The position numbers were made by a program, and so were the translations under genes. The notes beneath the pieces are model-generated. The model did not search any database and was not told the DNA's origin. It saw nothing but the letters and a program-made list of their open reading frames with translations. Shown in pieces: positions 31,293 to 41,320 of a DNA stretch of 64,000 bases; within the stretch, counting starts at the first letter, position 1, and each line of letters starts with the position of its first letter. Origin of the DNA: Oligoflexia bacterium (GTDB taxonomy: Bacteria; Bdellovibrionota; UBA1018); contig JBKCVM010000147.1 in the NCBI GenBank assembly GCA_046317855.1, forward strand, positions 3,956 to 67,955, given 5' to 3'.

Positions 31293-31782
31293 TTTTTTTG
31301 AAAGGCCGCAACGAAAGCCGGTCCGCGATCTGAACTTAGTGCCCGTTATTGATATGTTAACGACGGTCCTTTTCTTTTTGCTGCTATCGACGAGTTTTTA
31401 TGGCTTTACGAAACTGACCGTTCCGCCGTCCAAGGTGAGCGTCAATACTGATCCCTTGGTGCCGCCGCCGTTGTCGGCGCGCTTATTGGTGGGCCCAGGC
31501 CCGGAGGGAAATCTCTCTGTGGTAATGAGCTGGGTGGGCGCTGAGCCTGGCAAGCTTGAAGCCACTGCAACCCAGGAGACGCTTGAGCCCAAGGTGAAGG
31601 GCTTGGTTGAACAGTTCTCGCAAAAGCACCCAATGGAGCGCACCGTCCAGCTCGGGCTAGCACCCGGTGTGAATTATCAAGCGCTGATTTGGGCGATGGA
31701 TGGGGCACGCCAAAAACTTCCTGACATCGTCCTCATCTCTCCAGAGGACGCCTTGGCCCGGTTGGGCTCGGGGGGTGGATGA
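31285..31782 (+). CDS. ExbD/TolR family protein 1 (AglQ/S-like)
   Basis: LNLVPVIDMLTTVLFFLL single TM helix typical of ExbD/TolR; 8-bp overlap with the upstream gene. Confidence 0.75.
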   Translation: MDDFFERPQRKPVRDLNLVPVIDMLTTVLFFLLLSTSFYGFTKLTVPPSKVSVNTDPLVPPPLSARLLVGPGPEGNLSVVMSWVGAEPGKLEATATQETLEPKVKGLVEQFSQKHPMERTVQLGLAPGVNYQALIWAMDGARQKLPDIVLISPEDALARLGSGGG

Positions 31783-32267
31783 AACTCTCGTTACTTCCCA
31801 AAAAAAAGCACAGGCATGTTTTAGATCTGCAGCTCACTGCGATGATCGATATCTTTTCTCTGATTGTGATCTTTCTGATTAAAGGGGCGGTTTTTGGCGC
31901 GTCCGATTTACCACTCGATCCATCCGTGAAGCTTCCGGAGAGCAAGAGTAAAGAAATGCTCGACACCGCTCCTCATGTTCAGCTCGTGAGTGGCCGAGTT
32001 CAGTTTTCTGGGGGCAAGTCAGAAGAATCCAAAGCAGGAGTTCCACTTTCGGAGATGGCGGGGGGTCCGGGTTCACAGCTCTTGCTACTTGAGGTGAAAA
32101 ACTACCTTGCCACGCTTGCTCCCGAAGCAAAGAGTTCCGGAGTGCTGCTCAGCTTTATTGCTGACCGAGCCACTCCCTACGCGGATGTGTTTAAAGTGGT
32201 AAAGTTTTTCAGAGAGTCCGGTTTTGACAGCATCCTTTTTGTTGCGTCGGGAAGGGATGGGGCATGA
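31779..32267 (+). CDS. ExbD/TolR family protein 2
   Basis: LDLQLTAMIDIFSLIVIFLI TM helix; 4-bp overlap with the upstream gene. Confidence 0.75.
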   Translation: MKLSLLPKKKHRHVLDLQLTAMIDIFSLIVIFLIKGAVFGASDLPLDPSVKLPESKSKEMLDTAPHVQLVSGRVQFSGGKSEESKAGVPLSEMAGGPGSQLLLLEVKNYLATLAPEAKSSGVLLSFIADRATPYADVFKVVKFFRESGFDSILFVASGRDGA

Positions 32268-33379
32268 CTTTGGGACGGGCTCAGTGGTTGTTAGTGGCCT
32301 ATGCAGCCTTCATGGCTCTACCTTTTTCGGTGCGGGCCGATGGGGTACTACAATCCAGGATCGATCATGATGATCGACTGGGTGCCAGGGTTCGTGTGCG
32401 TGAGATCGCATCGGGCAAACTCGATGCCAAGACTTGGAGATGGCTGGATCTGCAGGTTGCTGCGCATCCCGAATGGGGCGAGGACCTGACGACGCTTGTG
32501 ATCGATAAGGCAGCTGAAGGCCGAGGATGGACTGAGCCACTGAGTGCTCAAGAAAGCTTGGTGGCGGGTGATGAGGCCATGCAAGCCAAACGGTTTAATG
32601 AGGCGGCTCAAGCCTACCGTGCAGTCTTGAATGGCGCTCAGGCGGCTGAGCTTTTACCGGGGCTCGTATGGCATACCCGACTGGCTCTGGCTCGTGCGTT
32701 GTACGCAGCCAAGCGGTTCGATGAAGCTTATGTGGAAGCAAAGAAGATACCTGCAAAGTTTTCTCGGTACCGACATGTGCTTTTTATTAGAATGTGGGCT
32801 GCTTTCAGGGCAGGTCGAGTGGAGCTCGCGCTCGGAGAAATCGCAGCACAGAAGTCTGATTATTTTGGGCCGACGCTGGAGCCCGAGTCATCTCTTCTTT
32901 TGATCTATCTCTTAAAGCGACTTTGTCGTGAAGCTGAAGCTCTTGATGTCATTACTCAGATGGATCAAGTGCTCTCCGACCTAAAGTCCAGGAAGTTCGG
33001 ATTCAAAGACTGGGCAAAGCTAGAGGTTGGAACCCGAACCTTTTTAGAGATCTTGAATCAGCCTGACCCCTCACGAATCCAGTCGAAATCCATGCCGGCT
33101 CGGCAGCGCGAGCGAGCCTGGATTCAGCGGCTGTTGGAATCGAGCTTCGAAAAGAAGCGAGCCCAGTGGATCGACGAGCTTCCTCGAGTGATTGCCTATT
33201 CGAGGCTAGCGATCACCCCAGGGATGGGGTCAGCTCTCAAACCGATCGAAAAAATTAGTAGCCGTGAAAAGCTTCTAGAGCAGGGATATGAGGTTTGGCC
33301 GCTTCAAGGCGAGGAGCAGTGGCTCGATGAGCTCAACAGCTATCGCTATCTTGGGGACTCAGCGTGCGCGCAAAAATGA
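32264..33379 (+). CDS. Secreted TPR-repeat protein (371 aa)
   Basis: Signal peptide; TPR-like helices; 4-bp overlap with the upstream gene. Confidence 0.55.
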   Translation: MTLGRAQWLLVAYAAFMALPFSVRADGVLQSRIDHDDRLGARVRVREIASGKLDAKTWRWLDLQVAAHPEWGEDLTTLVIDKAAEGRGWTEPLSAQESLVAGDEAMQAKRFNEAAQAYRAVLNGAQAAELLPGLVWHTRLALARALYAAKRFDEAYVEAKKIPAKFSRYRHVLFIRMWAAFRAGRVELALGEIAAQKSDYFGPTLEPESSLLLIYLLKRLCREAEALDVITQMDQVLSDLKSRKFGFKDWAKLEVGTRTFLEILNQPDPSRIQSKSMPARQRERAWIQRLLESSFEKKRAQWIDELPRVIAYSRLAITPGMGSALKPIEKISSREKLLEQGYEVWPLQGEEQWLDELNSYRYLGDSACAQK

Positions 33380-36300
33380 ATTGGCGTTCTGCTGCTGTTT
33401 GCTGGGTCATGGCCGCGCCGCTCACCTTGGCATCAGCGGACTCACGAAAGGCGCTCGAGGAGCCGGCGCAGATTTCACATCAGTCGCCTGAGCAGCTCAG
33501 GGCTGCCGCTGAATCGATTGATGGCCTTAGAAAAGAGCTTGAAAGTCAGAATCGCCGCGCAAAGCCTGCTCGGGAGTCTCTGAGTCGCCAGATTCAGCTC
33601 ACCCTACAAGAGGCCAAGGTCCTGATCGCGCTGGGGCAAGCACTTTCGATCGCCCCAGCTGGTCAAACGCGTCCCAAGAAATCTTCACCCCAAGACGTTT
33701 CATCTGCTGACCAGCAGGCTCTTCAGCGAGCAGGCGCTCTACTGACTGATCTGTTAAATCATCCGGCGGCTGGGGCTGCTCTCTCGCCTACTCAGCGGGG
33801 AGTAGTGTTTCGGCTCAGAGGTACAGCAGCTTACGCCCTCTCTGATTACGCAGCTGCCCTCAAAGATTTTGAGCGCTCTCTCGAAAACGATCCGAGTTCT
33901 TCCGAGTCGGGTTGGACTGCGTTCATGGCAGCTGAAGAGTATTTTGAAATTTCTCAGTTTTCTCGTTCTGCTGAGTTGTATCAGCTTGCCCAGTCTCGCA
34001 GCCAGCCGGGGTCCCGCACTTGGGAGTTGTCCCGCTATAAATTGGCTTGGTGTTGGGTAAATCTAGAAAAAATCTCTGACGCCGAGAGAACTTTTTTAGA
34101 AATGATTCGCAACTCAAAGGACGAGCTATTGGCGCAAGACTCCGCTCGGGACCTGGCCTTTGTCTTGGCGCGAGTTCGAAATGAAAAGCAGCTGCTGGAA
34201 ATTTATGAACAGAAACTTTCAAAGACAGGGGCCAGAGGGTTAGCCTTTTTGAGAAAGGCGCTGGCCACCTTGGAGCGCCAGGGGCAGCTGGGAGCACGCT
34301 CAAGATTGAGAGATCGTGTGCTGGAGCTTACGGCTGACCCCGCCGCACGAGTGGCCGTTCTCTTGGACTCTGTGCAAGGTGTTTCTCGAGAGTACGCGTC
34401 TAAGGCCCATGCGCAACGTACCCTTGAAGTTTTGAAGGTAGTCGAAGCACTTCAAAAAACTGAGCCCCTCTCTTCTGAAATCCTCGAGCCGCTTGAGGCA
34501 GCGAGTGAGAGAGTCTGCAAGGTCTTTTCTGAAACCTATGCAGGTCGGACAAAAACTCCGGAGAACTTTACGAAATCAGAACTTGCTCATCAGCTTCAGG
34601 CCCTCTTTCAGGAACATTTGCGTGTTTTTGCAGCGAGCACCAAGAAAGCAAAGCTCCAAGAGTTCTGGCTTGAAGTGTGTGAACTTGAAAACGATACGCG
34701 CTGTTTGATGGCGTTGTCAGAGCAAATGATCCGGGACGATCAGTACCCAGAAGATCAGTTGCAGGCAGTCCGCCAGAGGGCCAAAGACGCACAACTTGTA
34801 GCCCTCGAGCGATTGCAATCGGCCAATGGTGGTTCCTATCGCTTGCAATACAAAAAAGCCCTGACAGAGCGTCTTGCAGATCCTCATGCACAGCGAGGCG
34901 CCGTTGCGGGTGCTAAACTAGCGCAGCTCCAGGTCGAAGAAAAAGATTATGCGGGCGCTGTCCAGACGTTAGGCCAGGTTCTCAAACGTGAGCCCAGTCA
35001 TTTATATTGGTATAGTTACAAATGGGCGCAACTTCAGGCGGGAGATTTTTTGGGTGTGATGGCTGGCCCGGAGGCCCTTGAGCTCAAAAATCTTTCTGGA
35101 GCTCCCGATCCAAGGCTCAGGGCCGTCCTTGCAGAAGCCTCGCTCAAGCTGGCTTCGGGGGCACGAAACTCTGATGATTTCAAAGCCATGGCGGCTCATT
35201 TACAAAAATTTGAGCAGCTTTCAGATGATTTGGCAAAAGTTCATTCAGCACGCGATGAGTGGGTTGCGGCTCTCTTGAGTAAGAAACTTCATGGAGAAGC
35301 GATCCGGAAAATTTCTGAGTTTCCTCTCGCTTGGCAGCAACGCTCAGAGGCGGGACAGTTGAAGTCGAGACTTCTTTTGCAGGTGATTGAAGAGGGGGAG
35401 TTTGGTCTTTTTGGAAAATGGATGCTCCACGTTCAGGATCCTAATGTGGCTCTCTTGGGGCTGCTTTACTGGGGAGGGGCCAAGTCGATTGGATTTGACC
35501 GGGTGAAGGCACTGGACTCAACTCAACGCTCACTTTGGTTGGGTGCGGCTGTTTTAACAAATCCCGACTGGGTGGACCGCTATTTTACGAAGTATCCTGG
35601 CGGCGATCGTCCGATTGCCGATCTGGCCAGGCGTTTTCTCGGCAAGCCTCCCTTGGGTGGGTCGAACGCTCCAGGGAACTCTCCTCTCACAGAGTATGAA
35701 AAGTCGGCGGCCAGGGTATCGCTCGGTAGGCCTCAGCGCGGAGCTCAGAGCGTCAAGCTCACTCAAAAAGTCATTGAAGCCGTCAAGCTGCACAGAAAGA
35801 AAATGGTTGCCGCTCTCAAGGGGCAGCTGCCCCGATCGCAAGTTCGTATTTTATCAGCACAGCGTCGACTCGAGGAGGGTGCTGTGCAATTGATCCTGCA
35901 GTCACCCGTCCCCAAGGGTCTTAGGCCAGAGCAATTGGCCGAGTACCAGGAGGGCTTAAAGCAGCTTGCAAGCGATCACTCTGCGCAGATCCAACAGCTC
36001 GAGGAGGCCCGGGTAAAAATCGAGCTAAAGGCAGATGAACAGAAAAGGGCGCAAGAGGCAGAAGATGCAGCAAAAACACTTCCGGCGCTCAGCGCCCCTG
36101 ATCGAATTGTCCCTTCAGCTCAATTGCGGCCCGAGGCCACTGCAAAGAACGTGGTGAGGATGGTGCGCGCTTGGAATCTTTGGGGGGCGCTGATGGAACT
36201 CGAGAGGCTGAAAGCCAAAAAAGCGGTGGACGGAGAGGACTATTGGAGGCTCCGGGCATGGGTGATTGCCTCACCGAGAGGGCCGGGGGCTGCGCCTTTT

Positions 36301-36387
36301 CAGCAGGATATTTTATTTCGATATGTTCATGACGAATTGACGGATGCCGGAATGCAGCGAGTGATTGAGGACTGGAAAAAGAAATGA
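33364..36387 (+). CDS. Large secreted TPR/coiled-coil protein (1007 aa), AgmU/GltD-like by architecture
   Basis: Signal peptide; TPR-like repeats throughout; 16-bp overlap with the upstream gene. Confidence 0.55.
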   Translation: MRAKMNWRSAAVCWVMAAPLTLASADSRKALEEPAQISHQSPEQLRAAAESIDGLRKELESQNRRAKPARESLSRQIQLTLQEAKVLIALGQALSIAPAGQTRPKKSSPQDVSSADQQALQRAGALLTDLLNHPAAGAALSPTQRGVVFRLRGTAAYALSDYAAALKDFERSLENDPSSSESGWTAFMAAEEYFEISQFSRSAELYQLAQSRSQPGSRTWELSRYKLAWCWVNLEKISDAERTFLEMIRNSKDELLAQDSARDLAFVLARVRNEKQLLEIYEQKLSKTGARGLAFLRKALATLERQGQLGARSRLRDRVLELTADPAARVAVLLDSVQGVSREYASKAHAQRTLEVLKVVEALQKTEPLSSEILEPLEAASERVCKVFSETYAGRTKTPENFTKSELAHQLQALFQEHLRVFAASTKKAKLQEFWLEVCELENDTRCLMALSEQMIRDDQYPEDQLQAVRQRAKDAQLVALERLQSANGGSYRLQYKKALTERLADPHAQRGAVAGAKLAQLQVEEKDYAGAVQTLGQVLKREPSHLYWYSYKWAQLQAGDFLGVMAGPEALELKNLSGAPDPRLRAVLAEASLKLASGARNSDDFKAMAAHLQKFEQLSDDLAKVHSARDEWVAALLSKKLHGEAIRKISEFPLAWQQRSEAGQLKSRLLLQVIEEGEFGLFGKWMLHVQDPNVALLGLLYWGGAKSIGFDRVKALDSTQRSLWLGAAVLTNPDWVDRYFTKYPGGDRPIADLARRFLGKPPLGGSNAPGNSPLTEYEKSAARVSLGRPQRGAQSVKLTQKVIEAVKLHRKKMVAALKGQLPRSQVRILSAQRRLEEGAVQLILQSPVPKGLRPEQLAEYQEGLKQLASDHSAQIQQLEEARVKIELKADEQKRAQEAEDAAKTLPALSAPDRIVPSAQLRPEATAKNVVRMVRAWNLWGALMELERLKAKKAVDGEDYWRLRAWVIASPRGPGAAPFQQDILFRYVHDELTDAGMQRVIEDWKKK

Positions 36388-36665
36388 TTGGCCTAAGAGT
36401 GATGGTCTTATCGCTGGGTATTGGTTTGGCTTTTGGTGCGCCCGCGCAGGCACAGAAACGCGTCAATAAGCCCGGAAACTTTTTGGACTTCGAGGCTGAT
36501 GTGATTGAGGGAGAGAAGCGTCGACCCGACCTATTTATTCAAATGGAGGGCGGAAGCGAGAGTTTGGACTCGGTGCTTTACTCCCGAGAAGACTTTAACG
36601 ATTACCATGAACAGGACCGCAAATGGCGCCCTAAGGCTCGACGTTTCAAGGGAGATAAAAAGTGA
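36384..36665 (+). CDS. Small secreted protein (93 aa) embedded in the operon
   Basis: Signal peptide ...APAQAQ; charged C-terminus; 4-bp overlaps with both flanking genes. Confidence 0.45.
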   Translation: MIGLRVMVLSLGIGLAFGAPAQAQKRVNKPGNFLDFEADVIEGEKRRPDLFIQMEGGSESLDSVLYSREDFNDYHEQDRKWRPKARRFKGDKK

Positions 36666-38380
36666 GGCAGCTCAAGATCTCTAGAAATGGACTTGAGCTT
36701 GCGGCCGTGAGCCTTGCGCAGCCCGTATCCACGTTAGGCAGATCGCCTTCTTGCGACGGAGTGCTGAGGGCTCCTGGGGTCAAACCGGTTCACTTCTTAT
36801 TGGAGGCTCAAGGGTCAGATTCAGGTCAATGGGTTCTGTTCGACATTTCAAACGACAGTGGCGAAGGCGTAGTGCTCGAGACTGGCAAGACAGAATTTAA
36901 GGGTTTCTTTTTTGAACTTTCAGAAGGCGTTCTCGACTCACCTGAAGAGATGGGTGGTGCGATCAGACGTAACCTGCAGGGACAGGGTGGCACTCAGCAG
37001 AGGGCGCAACAGCGGTTGAGCTTGGTTGAAGCCGTCCGAATTCGTCGTGATTCAGGAGCAGTTCAAGAGGTTTCTCATCTGCCTATTTCGGGTCCGTCTT
37101 TTTTGAGAGTTCGAAAATTGCGGCCTTTTGAAGAGATCGCGGGGCTCAAGCTTCTGTATCGAAAAGGGGGAGTTGCGATAGAATTTCAGGCGACTCGAGG
37201 CGGCCCTCAGCGCGTGACTCTCATCAAAAACTCAAATCCTGGAGAAGTGCTTCCGGGTGCGTCGGTTGAACTGGGAAAGTCGGACTGGATACGAATGGAG
37301 TACGGTCCTGACGATCTTTACTTTAGGTGGGTTTCGCCTGTACCTCGGGCTCCGATTCCTAGAGAAGTGGTTGGCAATCCCATCCTGCGCATTGGCTTTC
37401 TCGTGGGGTTTCTGGTCGCAGGGGGAACCGCTTCTTGGGTTGCATACAAGATCAAGAATCCTTCGGAGGCCATTCAGATGCCACCTCCCCGAATTGCAAA
37501 GATCGAAGTCAAAGAGGCCCCTCCGCCGCCACCCGTGTCCGAGTCGCTGAGTAGACCTAAGTCCGCTCAGTCAGAGGCCGCCGGTCCTTCGGCTGCTCCT
37601 CGAGTGGCCCCAAAAGGGGTGGCTAAAACCCGAGCGTTGCCCACTCGACCCGGATTGGTTGCGCCAGTGGCGCCAACCGATGTGAATCAGCTCGGTCTTT
37701 TGGGCGCACTCAAGTCAAAAGCTCCAAAGCAGGGCGAGGGAGTCCGAGCGGATCAGATTTTTGATGAAGGGATGGTAAGCCAGGCTGCAGGCGCTAAGAC
37801 CGGAAGTATTGCGCTTAAGACGCCGCCCTCTGGAGCGCTTGATCTTTCAAAGGCCGGCGGTCAGAAAACTGCGCAGGGTGATGGGCTTCAAGCGCTGGCG
37901 ACGACTCTTTCTGGCAAAGCTAAATACTCCCCTTCGAACGTGGGTGCAGTGGTCTCGGGCTCGGGGGGTAAGCTTCTTGGCTCAGGGCTTGAAGGTCTCG
38001 GAAAAAACTCTTCCTTGGCTTCGGGTAAGGGTGGAGGCGAAAGCTTAGGTTTAGATGATGGCAGCGATAGCGAAGTGCAGGGCGGCTTGGATCGTGAAAC
38101 AGTCCGTCGCGTCATTAAGTCCAATCGAGGAAAGATCCGAGCTTGTTATGAACGCGCATTGCTGAGCCAACCTCAGCTGGCCGGTCGAGTCGTCACCCTC
38201 TTTGAGGTGAGCGCCAAAGGAACGGTTCTTTCTGCATCAGTAAAAGCGTCAGATGTCCAATCGCAAACTCTAGAGAGCTGTCTCGTCGAAGTGGTGCGTG
38301 GAATGGCGTTTCCTTCCTCTCCCACTGGCGCATCTACGAAGGTCAGCTATCCGTTTGTATTCCAGGCCCGCGGCAACTAA
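36662..38380 (+). CDS. FHA-domain protein with Pro-rich linker and C-terminal AgmX/PglI-type (TonB-C-like) domain
   Basis: N-terminal FHA-like TLGRSPSCDGVL...VHFLL; central TM helix; PPPPPV and AP-rich linker; C-terminal LDRETVRRVIKSNRGKIRACYERAL...VSYPFVF resembling the TonB/AgmX C-terminal fold. Confidence 0.6.
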   Translation: MRQLKISRNGLELAAVSLAQPVSTLGRSPSCDGVLRAPGVKPVHFLLEAQGSDSGQWVLFDISNDSGEGVVLETGKTEFKGFFFELSEGVLDSPEEMGGAIRRNLQGQGGTQQRAQQRLSLVEAVRIRRDSGAVQEVSHLPISGPSFLRVRKLRPFEEIAGLKLLYRKGGVAIEFQATRGGPQRVTLIKNSNPGEVLPGASVELGKSDWIRMEYGPDDLYFRWVSPVPRAPIPREVVGNPILRIGFLVGFLVAGGTASWVAYKIKNPSEAIQMPPPRIAKIEVKEAPPPPPVSESLSRPKSAQSEAAGPSAAPRVAPKGVAKTRALPTRPGLVAPVAPTDVNQLGLLGALKSKAPKQGEGVRADQIFDEGMVSQAAGAKTGSIALKTPPSGALDLSKAGGQKTAQGDGLQALATTLSGKAKYSPSNVGAVVSGSGGKLLGSGLEGLGKNSSLASGKGGGESLGLDDGSDSEVQGGLDRETVRRVIKSNRGKIRACYERALLSQPQLAGRVVTLFEVSAKGTVLSASVKASDVQSQTLESCLVEVVRGMAFPSSPTGASTKVSYPFVFQARGN

Positions 38381-38433
38381 CAGGACATCCTTGTTGATGT
38401 TCTGATCAATTGCAGCTAACCAACGGATAGGGG

Positions 38434-39321
38434 TTGGGAAAAATGCGGCTTTCATTTCTGCTCTGCGCTTTCAGTTTGGCTTTTGCTTGGCATCCTTCAT
38501 CGCATGCTGCGTCAACATTGAAAGTACTGACTTATAATGTTTGGGGGTTGCCACGGCCGCTTTCAAAAGATCCGGTGGGTCGGCTCGAGGCCTTTTGTGC
38601 TTTTCTCAAAAAGCAATCTCTGCAGAGCGCTCATCCGTGGGATGTAGTCTTACTCCAGGAGGTTTGGAAGCCGTGGATGGCGCGGGGCCTGAGATATTGC
38701 GGTTACCCTTTTTCTGCCCGGCTAGACAAAAAAAGCTTTGGCACGGGTTTGATGATTTTGAGTCTGCATCCAGTGACGAGTGCCAACCAATTCAATTTTG
38801 AAAATGAGCCGTCCTGGTGGGACTCTCTGACGACTGGAGAGGCCTTCTCGGATAAAGGCGTTCTCTCGGCAACGATTGAACACCCCGACTTTGGACCGAT
38901 CTTTTTTGCTAATACGCACTTGGTGGCCAATTATGGCCTCTATAAAACTTTCGAAGACGAGAGGCGCGGGCAATTCAGAGAGCTTGCAGCTCATCTGTAT
39001 GATCGTGCGCGCGGCATCCCTCAGATTTTGGGAGGTGATCTAAACGTCGCTCCGTATGGACTCAAGTACACTTTGCTTTGGGAAGAGCTTCATTTCTTAT
39101 TCCCAGGATTTCGACGTTTTATGTCGATGCTCCCGGTGAGCACTCGCTCACTGAGTAATCCTTTTTCTAATGAAGAAGAAGGGCACATTGACCATCTTTT
39201 TGGTCTAAACGGCGCTAAGCCAATCAAGGGTTCTGTGGTCTTGGATGGTCGGCGCGAGATTTTCTCTGACCACTATGGCTGGGAAACTTCTTTCGAGGTA
39301 GAGCCCCTCAACTTAGACTGA
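38434..39321 (+). CDS. Secreted endonuclease/exonuclease/phosphatase (EEP) family hydrolase
   Basis: Signal peptide; LKVLTYNVWGLP N-terminal EEP motif; catalytic His/Asp near the C-terminus (SDHYG). Confidence 0.65.
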   Translation: MGKMRLSFLLCAFSLAFAWHPSSHAASTLKVLTYNVWGLPRPLSKDPVGRLEAFCAFLKKQSLQSAHPWDVVLLQEVWKPWMARGLRYCGYPFSARLDKKSFGTGLMILSLHPVTSANQFNFENEPSWWDSLTTGEAFSDKGVLSATIEHPDFGPIFFANTHLVANYGLYKTFEDERRGQFRELAAHLYDRARGIPQILGGDLNVAPYGLKYTLLWEELHFLFPGFRRFMSMLPVSTRSLSNPFSNEEEGHIDHLFGLNGAKPIKGSVVLDGRREIFSDHYGWETSFEVEPLNLD

Positions 39322-39374
39322 TCGCGGTTGGATTCGATTCAGTCTCAGCAAAATCCGATGGTCCTGGTTTCCTG

Positions 39375-39767
39375 TTGTGCTGCCGAGGTGATTTCAACGT
39401 GATTTCAAGAAACAAAGTTCTGCGTGTTTTTTATTTTATCGCCGCTCTTTTTGTTGGGACACAGAGCCCGCTAGCGCAGGGGAGTGATCTGAGTGAATTT
39501 GCCGAAGGACTCTTTTCTGTTGAAGTGGTTTTCGAGCCCGGAGTGTTTCATTTTCGCTCCAGGCCTACTCTTGCGCGAGTGATTGCCTCCATGCTCGAAC
39601 GGGAAGGTGTCAGTGCGTTGGTCCCTCGCACTCGCGTGAACGTGGATATGGAGGGCGGCGTCTACGCTGTTTTGATGCTTGAAACCGAATCCAGCCTACT
39701 TCAGTTGAAATCGATCTTTACGGAGGCAGGTTATCCGCCCAGTAAGGTCGAGCCCGTCATCCGGTAG
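39375..39767 (+). CDS. Small secreted hypothetical protein
   Basis: N-terminal hydrophobic signal-like segment; no recognisable motifs; start uncertain. Confidence 0.3.
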   Translation: MCCRGDFNVISRNKVLRVFYFIAALFVGTQSPLAQGSDLSEFAEGLFSVEVVFEPGVFHFRSRPTLARVIASMLEREGVSALVPRTRVNVDMEGGVYAVLMLETESSLLQLKSIFTEAGYPPSKVEPVIR

Positions 39768-40533
39768 ACCAGCCGCCGTCCACGACGATTTCGGTTCCCA
39801 CCACAAAGCCTGCCAGGGGATTGCACAGCCAAAGCACTGCATCTGCAATTTCTTCGGGTCGGCCCATGCGCTTAATGGGAGCCCCGGAGGCCAAAACTTG
39901 GGCGGCCTTTTCGTCGCCTCCAGTAAACCGATCGATCATTGGAGTGTGAATCACCCCGGGGCAAACAGCATTGATTCGAATGTTTTTCGAGGCGTAGTCC
40001 AGAGCGGCAGACCGAGTGAGGCCCACCACTCCGTGCTTACTCGCAACATAGGCTGCCATCGCGGCAAAGCCATTGATCCCTGCGATTGAAGAGCAGTTGA
40101 CGATATTTCCGGAGCCCTGTCGCTCCATGACAGCCAGTTCTTCTTTCATGCACCAGTAGACGCCAGAAAGGTTGATTGCGAGTGTCCGGTTCCAGTTTTC
40201 TTCACTCGACTGCGCCAATGGGGCGGACGAACCCTCAACTCCAGCGTTATTAAAGGCGTGATCGATCCGGCCAAACTTTTCGACCGCTCGCGTTATGAGT
40301 CTCCGATCCTCTTCGGGTTTTGAGACATCGCATCCCACGAAAATTGCTTCGCCACCCTGTCCGGCAATCAGATCTACGGTCTCGATTCCGGATCTTTCTT
40401 GGGTGTCGGACACCACAACGCGCGCGCCCTGGCGCGCAAAGGCAATTGCTGTGGCGCGACCGATTCCGGAGGCAGCGCCGGTGACGAGGGCAACCTGGTT
40501 TTTAAAGGGGCTGGAGATTGAGTGCGTGTTCAT
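39757..40533 (-). CDS. SDR-family oxidoreductase
   Basis: VALVTGAASGIGRATA cofactor-binding motif; catalytic YVASK; NAG motif. Confidence 0.8.
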   Translation of the reverse strand: MNTHSISSPFKNQVALVTGAASGIGRATAIAFARQGARVVVSDTQERSGIETVDLIAGQGGEAIFVGCDVSKPEEDRRLITRAVEKFGRIDHAFNNAGVEGSSAPLAQSSEENWNRTLAINLSGVYWCMKEELAVMERQGSGNIVNCSSIAGINGFAAMAAYVASKHGVVGLTRSAALDYASKNIRINAVCPGVIHTPMIDRFTGGDEKAAQVLASGAPIKRMGRPEEIADAVLWLCNPLAGFVVGTEIVVDGGWSTG

Positions 40534-40628
40534 GGGGTTTCAATTAGCCGGAGAGCTGAGGGGGCGCCACTAGTTAGGGTGAGCTTATCTGTTTCTTAAC
40601 CTAAATAGGGCGGGGGGGTTGACGCCCG

Positions 40629-40657
40629 GGCCTTGTTTTCACTAGAACAATCGATGG
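40629..40657 (+). promoter_or_regulatory. Sigma-70-like promoter candidate upstream of the 40680 ORF
   Basis: TTGACG, a 17-nt spacer, then CTAGAA; about 22 nt upstream of the start codon. Confidence 0.25.
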
Positions 40658-40679
40658 GTTTTCAATCCAGGGGGGTTTC

Positions 40680-41303
40680 ATGCAACGTCGTTCTATCGTC
40701 TACGTGCTCACTTCATTGGTTTCGTTGGTTTCGTTATCGGGCACCCAAACAGCGTTTGCGCAGTCGATGCGCTCTGAGCTTTCGCAAGAATTTGTTTCTG
40801 ACTACGCTGGCAGGCCTGCCGACTACGCCACCTTCATCAAGAGTGGGCTGATTGGCGCAGCCACTCAATGTGGCTTTGAGCTTTTAGATGGGCGAGATCA
40901 GCGTCTTCCGAGTGCGGTGCTTTCGCGTGACGTTGAGCAGGTGCTGGCTCGCGTGAAAGAGAATGGTAAAGTGATCCCTCACGTACTTTTTGACACTTTG
41001 GTCAGTCAGAACCGTCGAGACGTGACTTCGTTTGTCTGGAAAAAGAACGGAGGCCAGATCCTTGAAATGTCCGTGAACACTGACTTCAACGACATTGCCG
41101 TCCAGGCCCACTTGGGAGGACGAGTTGCTTTCTCTCGGAGCTCACGCGGTAATCACGAAGTCCGAACCGAGTGGCGCGTGCGCGCTCCGAACGGAGGTGT
41201 CAAGAAGGTCACTGAAGACGAATTCCGTGACTATCTGAAGACGAGGGTCGTGGATTTTTACGGCGAGCGCATTTGTAGAGATCTCTACCGACCTGCAAAT
41301 TAA
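40680..41303 (+). CDS. Secreted hypothetical protein (207 aa)
   Basis: Signal peptide ...SGTQTAFAQ; no recognisable motif. Confidence 0.4.
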   Translation: MQRRSIVYVLTSLVSLVSLSGTQTAFAQSMRSELSQEFVSDYAGRPADYATFIKSGLIGAATQCGFELLDGRDQRLPSAVLSRDVEQVLARVKENGKVIPHVLFDTLVSQNRRDVTSFVWKKNGGQILEMSVNTDFNDIAVQAHLGGRVAFSRSSRGNHEVRTEWRVRAPNGGVKKVTEDEFRDYLKTRVVDFYGERICRDLYRPAN

Positions 41304-41320
41304 GTGAGTTCACTGCGGGG

